From Squalus acanthias (taxonomy: Eukaryota), in contig CM059432.1 of assembly GCA_030390025.1 (NCBI GenBank), positions 28,646,001 to 28,710,000 of the forward strand: a stretch of DNA of 64,000 nucleotides. Reading direction: 5' to 3'. The translations under genes and the position numbers were made by a program. Positions 21,334 through 34,969 of the stretch are shown here, one piece after another; within the stretch, counting starts at the first letter, position 1, and every line of letters starts with the position of its first letter. The notes beneath the pieces are model-generated. The model worked only from the letters and a program-made list of their open reading frames with translations. It did no database searches and had not been told where the DNA came from.

Positions 21334-23379
21334 GGCCTAGAAATGCAATAAGGATCGAAAATAGGCGGTGGCACCGTGGGGCAAGATTTGCTCATGCCTG
21401 TTTCAGAAATCACAGGCAGCACATTATTTTGGTGCTACCTGCTGGTGTGAATGATTTTAGTGCACAGCCGAGCGACGAATGCATTGCTTCAGGCTGTGTG
21501 CTCAGCAGGAGGCCCAATGTCATGACGCTGTAGCGTCCCTGGAGCAAGGTTGTATTCTCTTAGAGCAAGGCTGTCATTTTAGAAAGCAGTCTTGAGCCTT
21601 TAAAGGTGAACTGCCTTCTGAAAAAAAAATTAAAAGTCATTCCAAACTAGGCAGTCTTCAGCTCTTAAAGCTGAACTGCCTTCTGCATCTTAAAAATAGT
21701 AAAAGTGATTCAGCACTAATACAAATGGCTGAACAGGCCAGGGAAAGGGCACCCAGGGTCTCGCATGCAGTACTTGAGCATTGTGCAGGGGGTCAACACT
21801 GGAAGAGAGGTCCTCTGCCCACAAGGGGGCCAGGAGGCTTTCCAAAAAGAAAGATGTGGTTCAGATCGCCGAGGCTGTCACTGGCACCAGTGTCAACTCC
21901 AGGACCTAGCTCCAGAGCCCAAAGAAGTTTCATGACCTCAGATAAGTGGTCAAGGTCAGTGACTGCATCTTCAAAAGCCATCTCCTACCAACTGCGCCAC
22001 CAGCCTCAAACACTGCTCAATGCACGACCCCCCGCCCTGATCACTCACCTACCAACAATCTCTACCAAACACAAGTCACACGTCACATTCCTAGCTTCAC
22101 CTCACCCCCTAGGTGGAGACAGCGCTGGCCATTCTTGGCAGGGGCATGGCTGAGCCCTTGGCCAGTGGCAGGGCTGAAAGAATACAAGATGCTGGTATCC
22201 TCATACATTATCCTCCTTCTCACATCCTCCTCATCCCACAATATCTTCTCATGTACAAGCTGCACATGGTGTAAGCATGCTCCTCTTACTTTCCTGCCTG
22301 CCCCTCACCACTACCCTACCCTTGTGCCTTCTTCATTTCAGAAACACAAAAAATCTAGCCTGCCCAGCCAGTAGTTGACCAAGAAGAGGAAGAGGAGAAT
22401 GAAGAAGAAGAAGAAACACTGTCACTCGATTTCACACTCCCAGCCACCAGCTCCTCGAGGTCATCCTGAAAGGCCATCTGCAGCGTCCCCCTCACTATGG
22501 GAATGCACAAGGGTGATTTGCCGATTTTTTGATGTAATATTGGATGCATATATGGATAAAGTTGGATTGGAAAGTTTGCTTTGTGGTGGCTTTTATTTCA
22601 GAATTGTGGCCAAGAGAACGCTGTGATGGTCAGTAACAGAGGGAAGGTAAGGTGTGGGACTAATGTTGAAAGGGGAATTGGGGTTGTGGTCAGTGGTACA
22701 GCAGATGGATGATTCAATCCTGGATATCCCGGCCAGAAAGGGGCTGTCTGGGTTGTCTCCTCCTCTTCTGCTTCTTCCTCTTCTGCTTCTTCCTCTTCTA
22801 CTTCCTCTTCCCTCTCCCCTTTGCTGCCTCTGCTTTATCTTCATGTGATGTTGCAGCTCAAGGGGGACTGCAACTAGAGCCCCCAGGACAGAGAGCAAGT
22901 GGTGTTCTCAGAGGCCTTGCTTTAACATCCAAAGCCTTGCAAGTGTACAGCAGCACTGCCTGCACACTTTAACAACTTTTTAAATGCATTGCACCAAGCC
23001 ACAATCCAATAAAAAATAAAAAAAACACTCCAAAAGCTGAAATCGAAACTTACCTGAAAGATGTGTGTGTCCCTTTAAGAAGCGCTGACAGCTTCTCTGT
23101 ACAACTGCTGCACACTCATTCTTCCGTACATGGTTAGGAGAGGGCGTTATGGAGTGCAGCGACGTCCAAAACCATAGTCATGCATCAATTCAGGCGTTGC
23201 ACGCCGATTGACGTCACGATCTGCACATTTACATTGGAGAGGCGAGCGCAGGCAACGGCAGCGCTGCTGACCTCTCCAAAATGGCGGCCACTGTGTCCCA
23301 TGCCGGAAGTGAGGCAGCCGGCACTTTTTCAAGAAAACGGGCCTTAATGACCAGCGATACTACATGGAATTTCACGGCC
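21334..23379 (+). mobile_element. Internally deleted PIF/Harbinger element with Myb/SANT-like pseudogene
   Basis: TIRs GGCCTAGAAAT / AATTTCACGGCC, TSD AAG (21331-21333, 23380-23382). Frameshifted MAEQARERAPR...IAEAVTG...KKFHDL from 21725. Convergent acidic tail on the minus strand. Confidence 0.85.
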
Positions 23380-23402
23380 AAGAACCCTTTTGAGAGGTGC
23401 AT

Positions 23403-23575
23403 GGGTGATTTTACACTTTTACCGCTGGGCGGAAAATGGAAGGTAGCAGATCAGCTGGCCATTTTACACCCCGCCCAATATTCGTGTCCATTGACTTGAT
23501 TGGGTGGGGTGTAAAACAGGCGGCCGATCCACTGCTGCCTGTTTATTGTCCGGCGATAAAAGTGAAAATTCACCC
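23403..23575. mobile_element. Fold-back MITE
   Basis: GGGTGATTTTACACTTTTA / TAAAAGTGAAAATTCACCC, with internal arms ttttacaccccgcccaat / attgggtggggtgtaaaa. Confidence 0.75.
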
Positions 23576-23778
23576 TGCTGTTCCGAAAATTGGAATAAAA
23601 TATATTGTTCTGTATTAATCTTAATAAGTACAAACTGATCTTTAAAATTTTTTTTTTAATTTATTAACCGGTTTTGTGTGGATATCGTGTACTGAAACAA
23701 TGAAGTGTAATGTTCACGACAGACTGGTAAAATTAATGAGTAAAAATTCAATGGAAGCTTACGCAGCTGCAGAGAACT

Positions 23779-24225
23779 CATAGAATCATAGAACCATACA
23801 GCACAAAAGGAGACATTTCAGCCCACCGTACCTGTGCTGGCTCTTTGAAAGAGCTATCCAATCAGTCGCACTCCCCTGCTCTTTCCCCATGGCCCTACAA
23901 GTATTTCCTTTTCAAGTATTTATCCAATTCCATATTGAATCTGCTTCCACTACCCTTTCAGACAGTGCATTCCAGATCATAACAACTCACTGCTTAAAAA
24001 AATTCTGCTCATCTCCCTTTGGTTCTTTTGCCAATTATCTTCAATCTGTGTCCTCTGTTACCGACCCTCCTGCCAGTGGAAACAGTTTCTCCCTAGCTAC
24101 TCTATCAAAACCCTTCATAATTTTGAACACCTCTATCAAATCTTCCCTTAACCTTCTGTGCTCTAAGGAGAACACTCCCATCTTCTCTAGTCTCTCCACA
24201 TAACTGAACTCTCTGATATCATTCT
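23779..24225 (-). mobile_element. CR1 3' fragment
   Basis: Tail catagaatcatagaaccatacagc; reverse-complement homolog of 4500-4940. Confidence 0.85.
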
Positions 24226-25409
24226 ACCCAGGAAATGGCTCTTTCTGGACATAAGGAAGGTGATGTTTCATCTCTGGTGAGAATGGACGAGCAGAGTTTG
24301 AGAATCACTGTTCCAATATTTATTAACTATAGCTCTGGTTGATTGTAGAAACCAAATATTTGAGGGATCTCAATTGTTCCACTCCCCTTTCATTTTGCGG
24401 TTTTGATGGTCATAAAAGCACAGAATGTTACAGGAGTGAAGTAGAATGCTTTCCCATTATAGCCAGCCAGTGCCAGAGTTAAGCACTACCAGGTCAGGTG
24501 CAGCACAGCACACAGAACAGTAAAGCTCCCTTTACACTGTCCTCGCAATATGCCTCAGCCCCAGCTTCAGAAGAACACCTTGTTAGTGTAAATGTTTCCA
24601 CCTCACACACACCCCATTCCGAAACTGACCAAAGTCATTTCACAGAGGACTCATAGACAGCAAAGATTTCATCTCATCAGTCTGGGCTGGATTCAAACCC
24701 TTGTTTCAGTCGGGAAGTTTTAATCCATTGCACCATACGGCATATTCTATGAGCAAAATCCCTTTTACAAGGGGTCCTGATAGCAAAATAATCCTCAGAT
24801 TGTTTCAGAACCACCCACGGAAAAAATAAAATCATGTTTAGAACTAGTTGAAATTTTGAACCGCTCCCTAAAGCCCCAACCACTCACTGCCTCTTGCTGA
24901 TATTCACACATGGTTCTCACTTGAGTTGCTTTCTTCATTTGCCAGACACTGCTGGCATTGCATGTTTTTCTTTTCCTGCCAATTTTCTCCCCTTCCCTCC
25001 ACCTCTCCTGAAAGTGCTGGCTGCTTCCTGGAGTACGTTTCCACAGGCTCCCTTCACGACCTCACCCGTGTGGACATTTTTCATGTGTGAGTCTTAACAC
25101 TGAGTGCCAAGAGGTTACTCGGTAACAGGGGGGCATCACAGCCAATCACGAGTGGGAAAACCTCGCTCCTCCAGCAGGCCAACAGTAGCACTCTTATTGT
25201 CACTCCAGCTGTAATCAACACAGGCTGGGGATTAAACATGTGGCATTCCCGGCCTGTATGGTTCAAAGCAATCTAGGCTGTGAACGTAGCCACAGAGCCT
25301 TTAGGGGCGTTTTTCCACAGTTTAACCAGAAACTACCATTCCACCACTTTTGCATCAATTTAAAAAGAGGCACAATGATAACGGTGTGAGAAGAAAGGCT
25401 TCAAAGCAA

Positions 25410-25868
25410 AGAAAGCAAGAAGGTGAATTTATATAGGACCTTTCACAACCTCAGGACATCCCAAAGTGCTTTATAGCAAGTGAAATACTTTTGAAGTGTA
25501 GTCACTAATGTAATGCAGGGAAGCGTGACAGCCAATTTACACACAGCAAGGTCCAACAGACAGCAGTGAAATAAATGACCGGATAATCTGTTTTAGTGAT
25601 GTTGATTCAGGGATAGCTATTGGCCAGAACACGGGAGCGACCTCCCCTGCTCTTCTTCGCAATAGCACCATGGGATCTTTTACATCCACCTAAGAGGGCA
25701 GACGGGGCCTTGATTTAACGTCTTATTTGAAAGACAGCACCTCCGACAGTGCAGCATTCCCTCAGTACTGCACCAGAGTGTCAGCGTAGATTTTGTGTTC
25801 AAGGCCCTGGAGCGGGGACTTGAACCCACGAATTTCTGTCTCAGAGGTGAGAGTGCCACGGCTGACAC
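25410..25868 (-). mobile_element. Deu-domain SINE (SacSINE1-like), full length
   Basis: Reverse complement of 37180-37645 (tRNA head, aaagatcccatgg core, L2-like tail). Confidence 0.85.
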
Positions 25869-26344
25869 ATTCTGTGTGACCACGCACTTCATGTTATTAC
25901 TGAAGAATTTAAATGTGACAAACAATCCTACATGCAGGAATACAATTGCACAGGGATCGCTTATAGAGGAGGAGGAAAGCAATGGAAAGAACAGTTGAAA
26001 AATTAATTCTTATGTCAACACAATAAGAAATGCTGAAGTTGCTCAAGTGGAACACGATGGACATCTGAAATAAAAGGTACACTTTGTTCCTCGCCTGGGA
26101 TCTGCACTGGAACTACATTTGTGTTCTATTTATATCAACGATTCGGACACAACCATTCTTCATATGTGACTTTGGACAATGAGTGCTGATGGGGGTTGAG
26201 CACCCCAATTCAAACAAATACCTCATGCAACGTCTACACAGGTGCATAGCAGCGGGCACTGAAAAGCGACCAGGATTGAAAGCCCTGGGTGATTGTCCCT
26301 CACCCAAACCCAAGTGTGCTGAAGCCAATTGTAGCAACCCAACA

Positions 26345-29238
26345 GGTATGGTAGCTTAGTGGTTGTGTTGCTAGACTAGTAATCCAGAGGCCCGGACTAA
26401 CGATCCGGAGACATGAGTTCAAATGCCATCACAACAGCTGGGGAATTTAAATTCAGTTAATTCAATAAATCTGGAATAAAAAACTAGTATCAGTAATGGT
26501 GACCATGGAACTATCAGATTGTCGCAAAAACCCATTTGGTTCACTAATATCCTTGAGGAAAGGAAATCTGCCGTCCTTACCTGGTCTGGCCTACATGTGA
26601 CCCCAGACGCACAATGTGGTTGACTCTTAACTGCCCTCTGAAATGGCCTAGCAAGCCACTCAGTTATGCCAAACCGCTAAAAAGAAGTATACTAAGAACA
26701 AAACCAGACAGACCACCCGGCATCTACCTAGATAAAGGCACACCCAGCCAAGTCAAGCCTGCAAAGTCCCTCCTCACTAACATCTGGGGACCTGCGCCAA
26801 AATTGGGACATAGTCATACTCGCAGAATCATACCTTTGAGCCAACATCCCAGACTCCTCCATCACCATCCCTGAGTATGTCTTGTCTCACCGGCAGGACA
26901 GATCCAACAGAGGTGGCGGTACAGTGGTAGACAGTCGGGAAGGAGTGGCCCTGGGACTCGTCAACATTGACTCCGGACCCCATGAAGTCTCATGACATCA
27001 GGTCAAACATTGCCAAGAAAAACGACTGCTGCCTTCCCTAAGCTGAAGAATCAGTACTCCTCCAAATTGAACACAACTTGGAAGAAGCACCGATGGTAGC
27101 AAGGGCGTAGAACGTACTCAACCATCTTCAGCCAGAAGGGCCGAGTCGATGATCCATCTTGGTCTCCTCCTGAGGTGAGGTCCCCACCATCACAGAAGCC
27201 AATCTTCAGCCAATTTGATTCACTCCATGTGATATAAAGAAACGGCTGAGCACACTGGATAGGAAAGGCTATGGGCCCCGACAACATCCCGGCTGTCTTG
27301 CTGAAGATTTGTGCTCCAGAACTAGCCACGCCTCTCGCCAAGCTGTTCCAGTACAGCTACAAAACTGGCATCTATCCGACAATGTGGAAAACTGCCCAGG
27401 TACGTCCTACATAGGAGCAGGAGTAGGCCATTCGGCCCCTCGAGCCTGTTCTACCATTTAATGAGATCATGGTTGATCATCCAAATTCAGTACCCTGTCC
27501 CTGCTTTCTCCCCTTATCCCTTGATCCCTTTAGCCTTAAGAAATATATCTAACTCCTTCTTGAATATATTTAATGAATTGGCCTCAACTGCCTTGTGTAG
27601 TAGAGAATTCCACAGGTTCACCACTCTCTGGGTGAAGAAATTCCTCCTCCTCTCAGTCCTAAATGGCTTACCCCTTATTCTTAGACTGTGACCCCTGGTT
27701 CTGGACTCCCCCACCATCGGGAACATCCTTCCTGCATCTAGTCTGTCTAGTCCTGTTAGAATTTTATAAGTTTCAATGAGATCCCCTTTCATTCTTCTAA
27801 ACTCTAGCGAATATAAGCCTAATCGACCCAATCTCTCCTCATACGTCATTCCTGCCATCCCAGGTATCAGTCTGCCACAAAAAGCAGGACAAATCCAATC
27901 CGACCAATTGCTGGCCCATCAGTCTACTCTCAATCATCAGCAAAATGATGGAAGGTGTCGTCAACAATGCTATCAAGCGACACTTGCAAATTACCTGCTC
28001 ACCAATGCTCAGTTTGGGTTCTCTCAGGACCACTCAGCTCCAGACCTCATTACAGCCTTAGGCCAAACATGGACAAAAGAGCTGAATTCCAGAGGTGTGA
28101 TGAGAGTGACTGCTCTTGACATCAAGGCAGCATTTGACCGAATCTGGCATCAAGGAGCCCTAGTAAAATTGAAGTCAAGGGGAAAACTCTCAACTGGCTG
28201 GAGTCATACCTAGCACAAAGGAAGATGGTTGTGGTTGCTGGAGGGCAATCATCTCAGCCCCGGGACATTGTTGCAGGAGTTCCTCAGGGCAGTGTCCTAG
28301 GCCCAACCATTTTCAGCTGCTTCATCAATGACCTTCCCTCCATCATAAGGTTAGAAGTGGGGATGTTCGCTGATGATTGCACAGTTTTCAGTTCAGATAA
28401 TGAAGCAGTCCGTGCCCGAATGCAGCAAGATCTGGACGACATTCAGGCTTGGGCTGAAAAGTGGCAAGTAACATTCGCGCCACACAAGTGCCAGGTAATG
28501 ACTATCTCCAACAAGAGAGAGTCTAGTCACTGCTCCTTGACATTCAACAGCATTATCATCGCCGAATCCCCCACCATCAACATCCTGGGGGTCACCATTG
28601 ACCAGAAACTTAACTGGACCAGCCACATAAATACTGTGGCTACAAGAGCAGGTCAGAGGCTGGATATTCTGCGGCAAGTGACTCACCTCCTGACTTCGCA
28701 AAGCCTTTCCACCATCTACAAGGCACAAGTCAGGAGTGTGATAGTATACTCTCCACTTGCCTGGATGAGTGCAGCTCCAACAACACTTAAGAAGCTCGAC
28801 GCCATCCAGGACAAAGCAGCCCGCTTGATTTGTACCCCTTAAACATTCACTCCCTCCACCAGTGGGGCACCGTGGCTGCAGTGTGTACCATCTACAAGAT
28901 GCTCTGCAGCAACTCGCCAAGGCTTCCTAAACAGCACCTCCCAAACCCGCGACCTCTACCGCCCATAAAGACAAGGGCAGCAGGCGCATGGGAACACCAT
29001 TACCTCCAAGTTCCCCTCCAAGTCACACACCATCCTGACTTGGAAATATAACACCATTCCTTCATCATCGCTGGGTCAAAATCCTAGAACTCCCTCCCTA
29101 ACAGCACTGTGGGAGTACCTTCACCACACGAACTGTAGCGGTTGAAGAAGGCGGCTCACCACCACCTTCTCGAGGGCAATTAGGGATAGGCAATAAATGC
29201 TGGCCTTGCCCACATCCCAAGAACGAATTAAAAAAAAA
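26345..29238 (+). mobile_element. Second copy of the tRNA-headed APE-RT LINE, internally deleted, interrupted by a CR1
   Basis: Colinear with 5045-8250. A-box TAGCTTAGTGG at 26352-26362, deletion near 27110, ORF 28225..28842 (GVPQGSVLGP, FADD), same tail. Confidence 0.92.
27409..27872 (-). mobile_element. CR1 3' fragment nested in the LINE
   Basis: ORF 27514..27858 is the CR1 C-terminus; host sequence gcccaggta.gtcct|ccacaaaaagcagg resumes after it. Confidence 0.92.
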
Positions 29239-31084
29239 TTAACCTGCATGAGATCAGCTAACTGGGTGCATACTGAGGATCTGACCTGTGGCTTTCTTGG
29301 TTTATATGTGGCTCAGTTACTGACTGGACAGAGTCGCTGCGCCACCAGGAGAACAATGGGCACCATTCATGAATTACAACAGGAAGCAGGTGTTTTTTTG
29401 TGGAATACTTGGATGAGATTAATTTGAAGCTGGTGAAATTGGGGCAGGAAGCAACTGCTTTTGAATCCACCACCTGATCCCTGTGTAAACTGTGTCAGAC
29501 ACAGTTTTGCCGGGTAGGGACTTATATCAGGTATTAAAGTGGCTGGATCCTTTCTACTGCTACCTGCTTATCAATTTGAAGCTGTTTTCTTTTTCTTTTA
29601 ATTCCATCAATTTTTTCTGTGTCAGGTGGCATAACAAGAGAGTGCAACTGGAGACAATTGTAACAAGGATACAGGTAATCCTTGATGGTAAAGGTACTGG
29701 CACTGAGCCGTATAGATTAGGAAGCTCCTAGTATCAATTCCAGGTCTGTGTCAAGTTAGCTGATCACAGCAGGGGAGCTACAATAGGGCTCGGTATCCCT
29801 AGATACATGGAGGGGAAGAAATCAGCCAGAGTTCACCTTCCTGGTTGCTCTCCTGTGATCTGCCCCCTGCTGGGAATCATGTGCAATGCATCCCCTCCCC
29901 GTAAACAAACTCACTGCCTCGGCTCACACGTGAAAACAGTCACTGGGATGATGTACTGCCTGGTGACTGCTACCCATGGAACTGTAACAAGAGTCTGCGG
30001 CCTAGAAATTGGTTTGTGCCGGGAACGATCCCGAGGCACAGCCAATATTAGGCCTTGGGGCTCATTTAAATGACACCGGCAAGCTGCGGTCACATGCTGG
30101 ATGTCCATAGGCAGCTTGCCGGCGAACCAGCTTTGGAGTTTGGGCCGCGGCATCACTGGTAAGTGTAGCATGCATGGAAGGAGCAGGTGACTTTGGACTT
30201 ATAGTTCCCAAAGCTCTCCACCACAGGGGTTTTCCTCACGTCATGTCTGGGTCCGGTGTAGACTAATTGATAGAGATTGATTGCCATGATTAGTCAGTAA
30301 CTCCATTAACATTGTATCATGTGCCTACCAGGCTGGTAGAAAGTGAACTAGATAAACCTCGGCCTTTTTTCATCTAGCAATACCTATGTTCGTGTGTTCA
30401 GAAGAGAAGGGCAGGAAGTTGATGGAATAAAGAAAAATATTATCGCCTAGAAATTACTCTTGCCGATGTTATGTGATGAATGCTTGATGCCATTTCTCTC
30501 CTCACAAGTCTTCCAGAGGCATTAAGCCATTTAAAAGTAAAGCACAGAAGACTGTTGGATAAAGCCACTACACGTTCATCTGCCTATAGCTGTCATTTCT
30601 AGGTTAATATTAAAAATAAAACTTCGGACTATGCAGCTTTAAATACCATACTTATCTCTCTATAATTATTCATATCTGAGACAGAGGGATTTAAACCCCC
30701 GCAACCCATGGGAGACCCTTACTTTTAATATCTGTGTCCAGTTGGGGGATGTTATGAGTTGCTGAGAACAGTGTCTGAGTCCCCCTGCTTGCTTAGTGCC
30801 TCATCTTGTAATTCAGGGCCCCTGCTTTGATAACAAGGAGAGTGGAAATTATTTCCAGGAGGTCAGTCCTCATCTGTTGCCAGTCTGGTTGCCAAGGCAA
30901 CCCTGGAATGCTGTCAGGAAACTTGACATCATCTGCATCAAGCTGCCAATTTTTGCACATCCTCAAATAGGGTAGCACAGCTTTTGCTCTGAATCTCTAC
31001 ATAAATCAGTCTTTAACCTGACTCCCTTCCTCACTGCACACTCAGTCTCCACTCAGATTATCTCTACTGTGACTGTGTGATCAG

Positions 31085-31675
31085 GATTTGATATCTCAAG
31101 GGGGCTGGAATACAAAGGGGTAGAATTTATGTTACAATTATATAAAGCCCTGGTTGGACCCCATTTAGAATAATGCGTTCAGTTCTGGGAAACCGTACCT
31201 CAGGAAGGATATATTGGCCTTAGAGGGGATGCAGCACTGATTCACCAAAATAATACCGAGGCTAAAAGGGTTAAATCATGAAGACGGGTTGCATAGACTA
31301 GGCTTGTATTCACTTGAGTATAGAGGATTATGGGGTGATCTAATTGAGGTGATTAAGATGATTAAAGTAGGATAGGGTAGATAGAGAGAAACTATTCCCT
31401 CTGGTGGGGGAGTCTAGTACAAGGGGGCATAACCTTAAAATTACAGCTAGGCCATTCAGGGATGATATCAGAAAGCATATCTTCATAAAAAGGATAGTGG
31501 AAATCTGGAACTCTCTCCCCAAATGTTATTGAGGGTAGGTCAAAAACTGAAATTGATAGATTTTTGTTCAGCAAGGGTATTAAGCGTACAGAATCAAGGC
31601 GCAGCCATGATCTCATTGAATGCAGAACAGGCTCAAGGGGCTGAATGACTTACTCCTGTTCCTAAGTTCCTATGA
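31085..31675 (+). mobile_element. Old CR1 3' fragment
   Basis: Decayed LYKALV.PHLE..VQFW and RGHNLKI, followed by the 3'UTR. Confidence 0.85.
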
Positions 31676-32163
31676 TATAAAAGTTGGTCAGAGCACCCTG
31701 ATGTGTTACTGGAGTAAAGGTGTGAGATTGAGATATTGAGACCAAAAAGTTCCATATTTGATCCCTGGCATGTGTTGTGTTAGATAATCCCATTTTAGCC
31801 AATGATGAGGCAGCTACAATTGGTCTCTGAGTTAGGGAGAGGGGTGGGGGGGGGAAATCAGTTCTTGCTCCTACTCGCTAATCAGCGATCTTTTGCTGGA
31901 AGTTCACGTTCGGTCGCCAAATGACAACGCGATTAGACTCAGTTGTGACGTCACCCACAGTTGTGAAAAACCCTATTCCCTACTCCCTGTCGAGGCCCAC
32001 ATCTGAAGAATGGCCATTTGGTTGATGCACTCGTCACCCATAGCAACATACTACACTAAGGAACCACACCTTTAGGAAAGGAAGGGAGTAACAGGAAAAA
32101 GAACATAAGAACATAAGAATTAGAAGCAGGCATAGGCCCTTCGATCATGGTTGATCTTCGACC

Positions 32164-33513
32164 ATTATAAAAGATGTAATAGCAGAGCACTTGGAAAACA
32201 GTGACAGGATCGGACAAAGTCAACATGGATTTACAAAAGGTAAATCATGCTTGACTAATCTACTGGAATTTTTTGAGGATGTAACTGGTAGAATAGATAA
32301 GGGAGAACCAGTGGATGTGGTGTATTTGGACTTTCAGAAGGCTTTCGATAAGGTCCCGCATAAGAGATTAGCGTGCAAAGTTAAAGCACATGGGATTGGG
32401 GGTAAGGTGCTGACTTAGAGAACTGGTTGGCAGACAGGAAGCAAAGAGTCGGAATAAACGGGTCTTTTTCCGAGTGGCAGGCAGTGACTAGTGGGGTACC
32501 GCAGGGATCGGTGCTAGGACCCCAGCTATTCACAATATATATTAATGATCTAGACGAGGGAACTAGATGTAATATCTCTAAGTTTGCAGATGACACAAAG
32601 CTGGGTGGGTGTGTGTGCTGTGAGGAGGATGCAGAGAAACTCCAGTATGATTTGGACAGGTTGGGTGAGTGGTCAGATGCATGGCAGATGCAGTATAATG
32701 TGGATAAATGTGAGGTTATCCACTTTGGTGGCAAAAACAGGAAGACAGATTATTATCTGAACGGCAATAGATTGAGAAAAGGGGAAGTGCAACGAGACCT
32801 GGGTGTCCTTGTGCACCAGTCGCTGAAGGTAAGCATGCAGGTGCAGCAGGCGGTTAAGAAGGCAAATGGTATGTTGGCCTTCATAGCAAGAGGATTCAAG
32901 TACAGGAGCAAGGATGTCTTGCTGCAGTTGTACAGGGCCTTGGTGAGACCACACCTTGAGTATTGTGCGCAGTTTTGGTCGCCTTATCTGAGGAAGGATG
33001 TTCTTGCCATGGAGGGAGTGCAGCGAAGATTCACCAGACTGATACCTGGGATGGCAGGAATGACGTATGAAGAGAGATTGGGTCGATTAGGCTTATATTT
33101 GCTAGAGTTTAGAAGAATGAGAGGGGATCTCATTGAAACTTATAAAATTCTAACAGGACTAGACAGACTAGATACAGGAAGGATGTTTCCGATGGTGGGG
33201 GAGTCCAGAAGCAGGGGTCACAGTCTAAGGATAAGGGGTAAGCCATTTAGGACTGAGATGAGGAGGAATTTCTTCACCCAGAGAGTGGTGAACCTGTGGA
33301 ATTCTCTACCACAGAAGGCAGTTGAGGCCAATTCATTAAATATATTCAAGAAGGAGTTAGATATATTTCTTAAGGCTAAAGGGATCAAGGGATATGGGGA
33401 GAAACCAGGGACAGGGTACTGAATTTGGATGATCAGCCATGATCTCATTAAATGGCAGAACAGGCTCGAGGGGCCAAATGGCCTACTCCTGCTCCTATCT
33501 TCTATGTTTCTAT
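32164..33513 (+). mobile_element. CR1 LINE RT 3' half, inserted into an opposite-strand CR1 tail
   Basis: ORFs 32191..32418 and 32427..33422; tail ttctatgtttctatg. Minus-strand CR1 tail pieces lie at 32101-32163 and 33514-33570. Confidence 0.95.
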
Positions 33514-34969
33514 GACCGCAACTCCAATTTCCCGCCCGATCCCCATATCCCTTGATTCACCTAGAGTCCAAGGATGGTCAACATAGGGTTTCTGGACATT
33601 ACCCTTTAGTTTCAGGCAATTATTTGAATCCCCTTGATCTGGAGAAAGGGCTTAGAATTAGGTTTAAAACAATAAAGATCTGGCTTGGCTACCAAAATGG
33701 TGGAGTAGGCTTGATGGGCTGAAGGCCTGCTTACTATACACACGTGCTTTCTGCCCCCTCCATCAGGTGCTGCCCGAGGCAAATATAAGGAAGGCAGATG
33801 GAAGTCTGAAGATCTGCACTAACTATCTAAAGTCATAGACTTCCCATAGCTTAATGCACAGTCTAGCAGCCCCAGTCCATGAAGCGATGGTTAACTCTGC
33901 ATTTAAACTTCTGTATACACGGGACAGGGTTCCAGGAGAAAATGCTATCTGGAAGAGTGTTCGACAGGCAGGAAAAGCAATGAGTGTACGTGCAGCAATT
34001 CTTGTATTCCTTAATATTCTCTGTTTGGTGAACATTGGGATTTTTTGGGAGGGAGAGCCAGAGCAGTTTTAATCCCCGCTTTTGTCAACAAAGGCTCGTC
34101 CATTAGCAGAAGGAAGTAGATTTTCTTCAGTCTTTTGGTCGCAGTGCAGTGTTGTGACCTTGGATACATTACAGATGGACTTTATACTTGGAACTGCCTG
34201 AGTCTATTGTATTAACAGCAGCTGTACCCTGATAAACTACACAAACACATTCGCCTTTCTGTAAACCTTTGTACCTCTGCAGCCCCTATGCTTGTTCAAC
34301 TGAAATAAAAAGCACATAAAATACTTCAATCAAAGGGGATATTTTAGACAGTAGAGGATAGGGCTTAATCCAGGTGCATTAGTTGAATCTACGATGTGGA
34401 TTTGGGTAGAGAGGCAATTGTTCTGATGACTCAATGAGTTTATTCCATTAGTAGGTGAGTCAGACAGACCGGAAAGGCCTCAAGCGCGATCCCTGGTTTT
34501 TGCTGAATTAGCTGACCTTGACAGAGGTAGGAGTGTTAAAATTTGTCCCTGGGTTAGGGAGAGCAAAATTAGCTAGGTTCCCAACAATGATTGTTATCCA
34601 TTGATCCATGCCTGAATTGTGTATGTTTGGACATTGGTTGAGAGCAGCACTAGGTGCTACCCATGGAAAAATAGCTTGCCAACTGTTAGACGCACATGTG
34701 AAGAACGACCATGTGAGCAAGGCACTGGAAGGTACCTGGTAGCCATAGAAGTGTGCCTCAGCAATGGCTCAACACTTTGAGAGAGGAGATTCAATTATCA
34801 CAGCACTTCTGCTGCTCATTGGAGGAAGAGCCACTGGCATCCTGGAAACACAGTGTAAAGAACATTTACGCCCCTTTCTGGGGTTTCTCTGGCTCTTCTG
34901 CCAAAGTTATAGCGGCAAATCATGAGAAACACCTCGGAAATTTACCCACCACATTTTTTCTCTCGAGTT

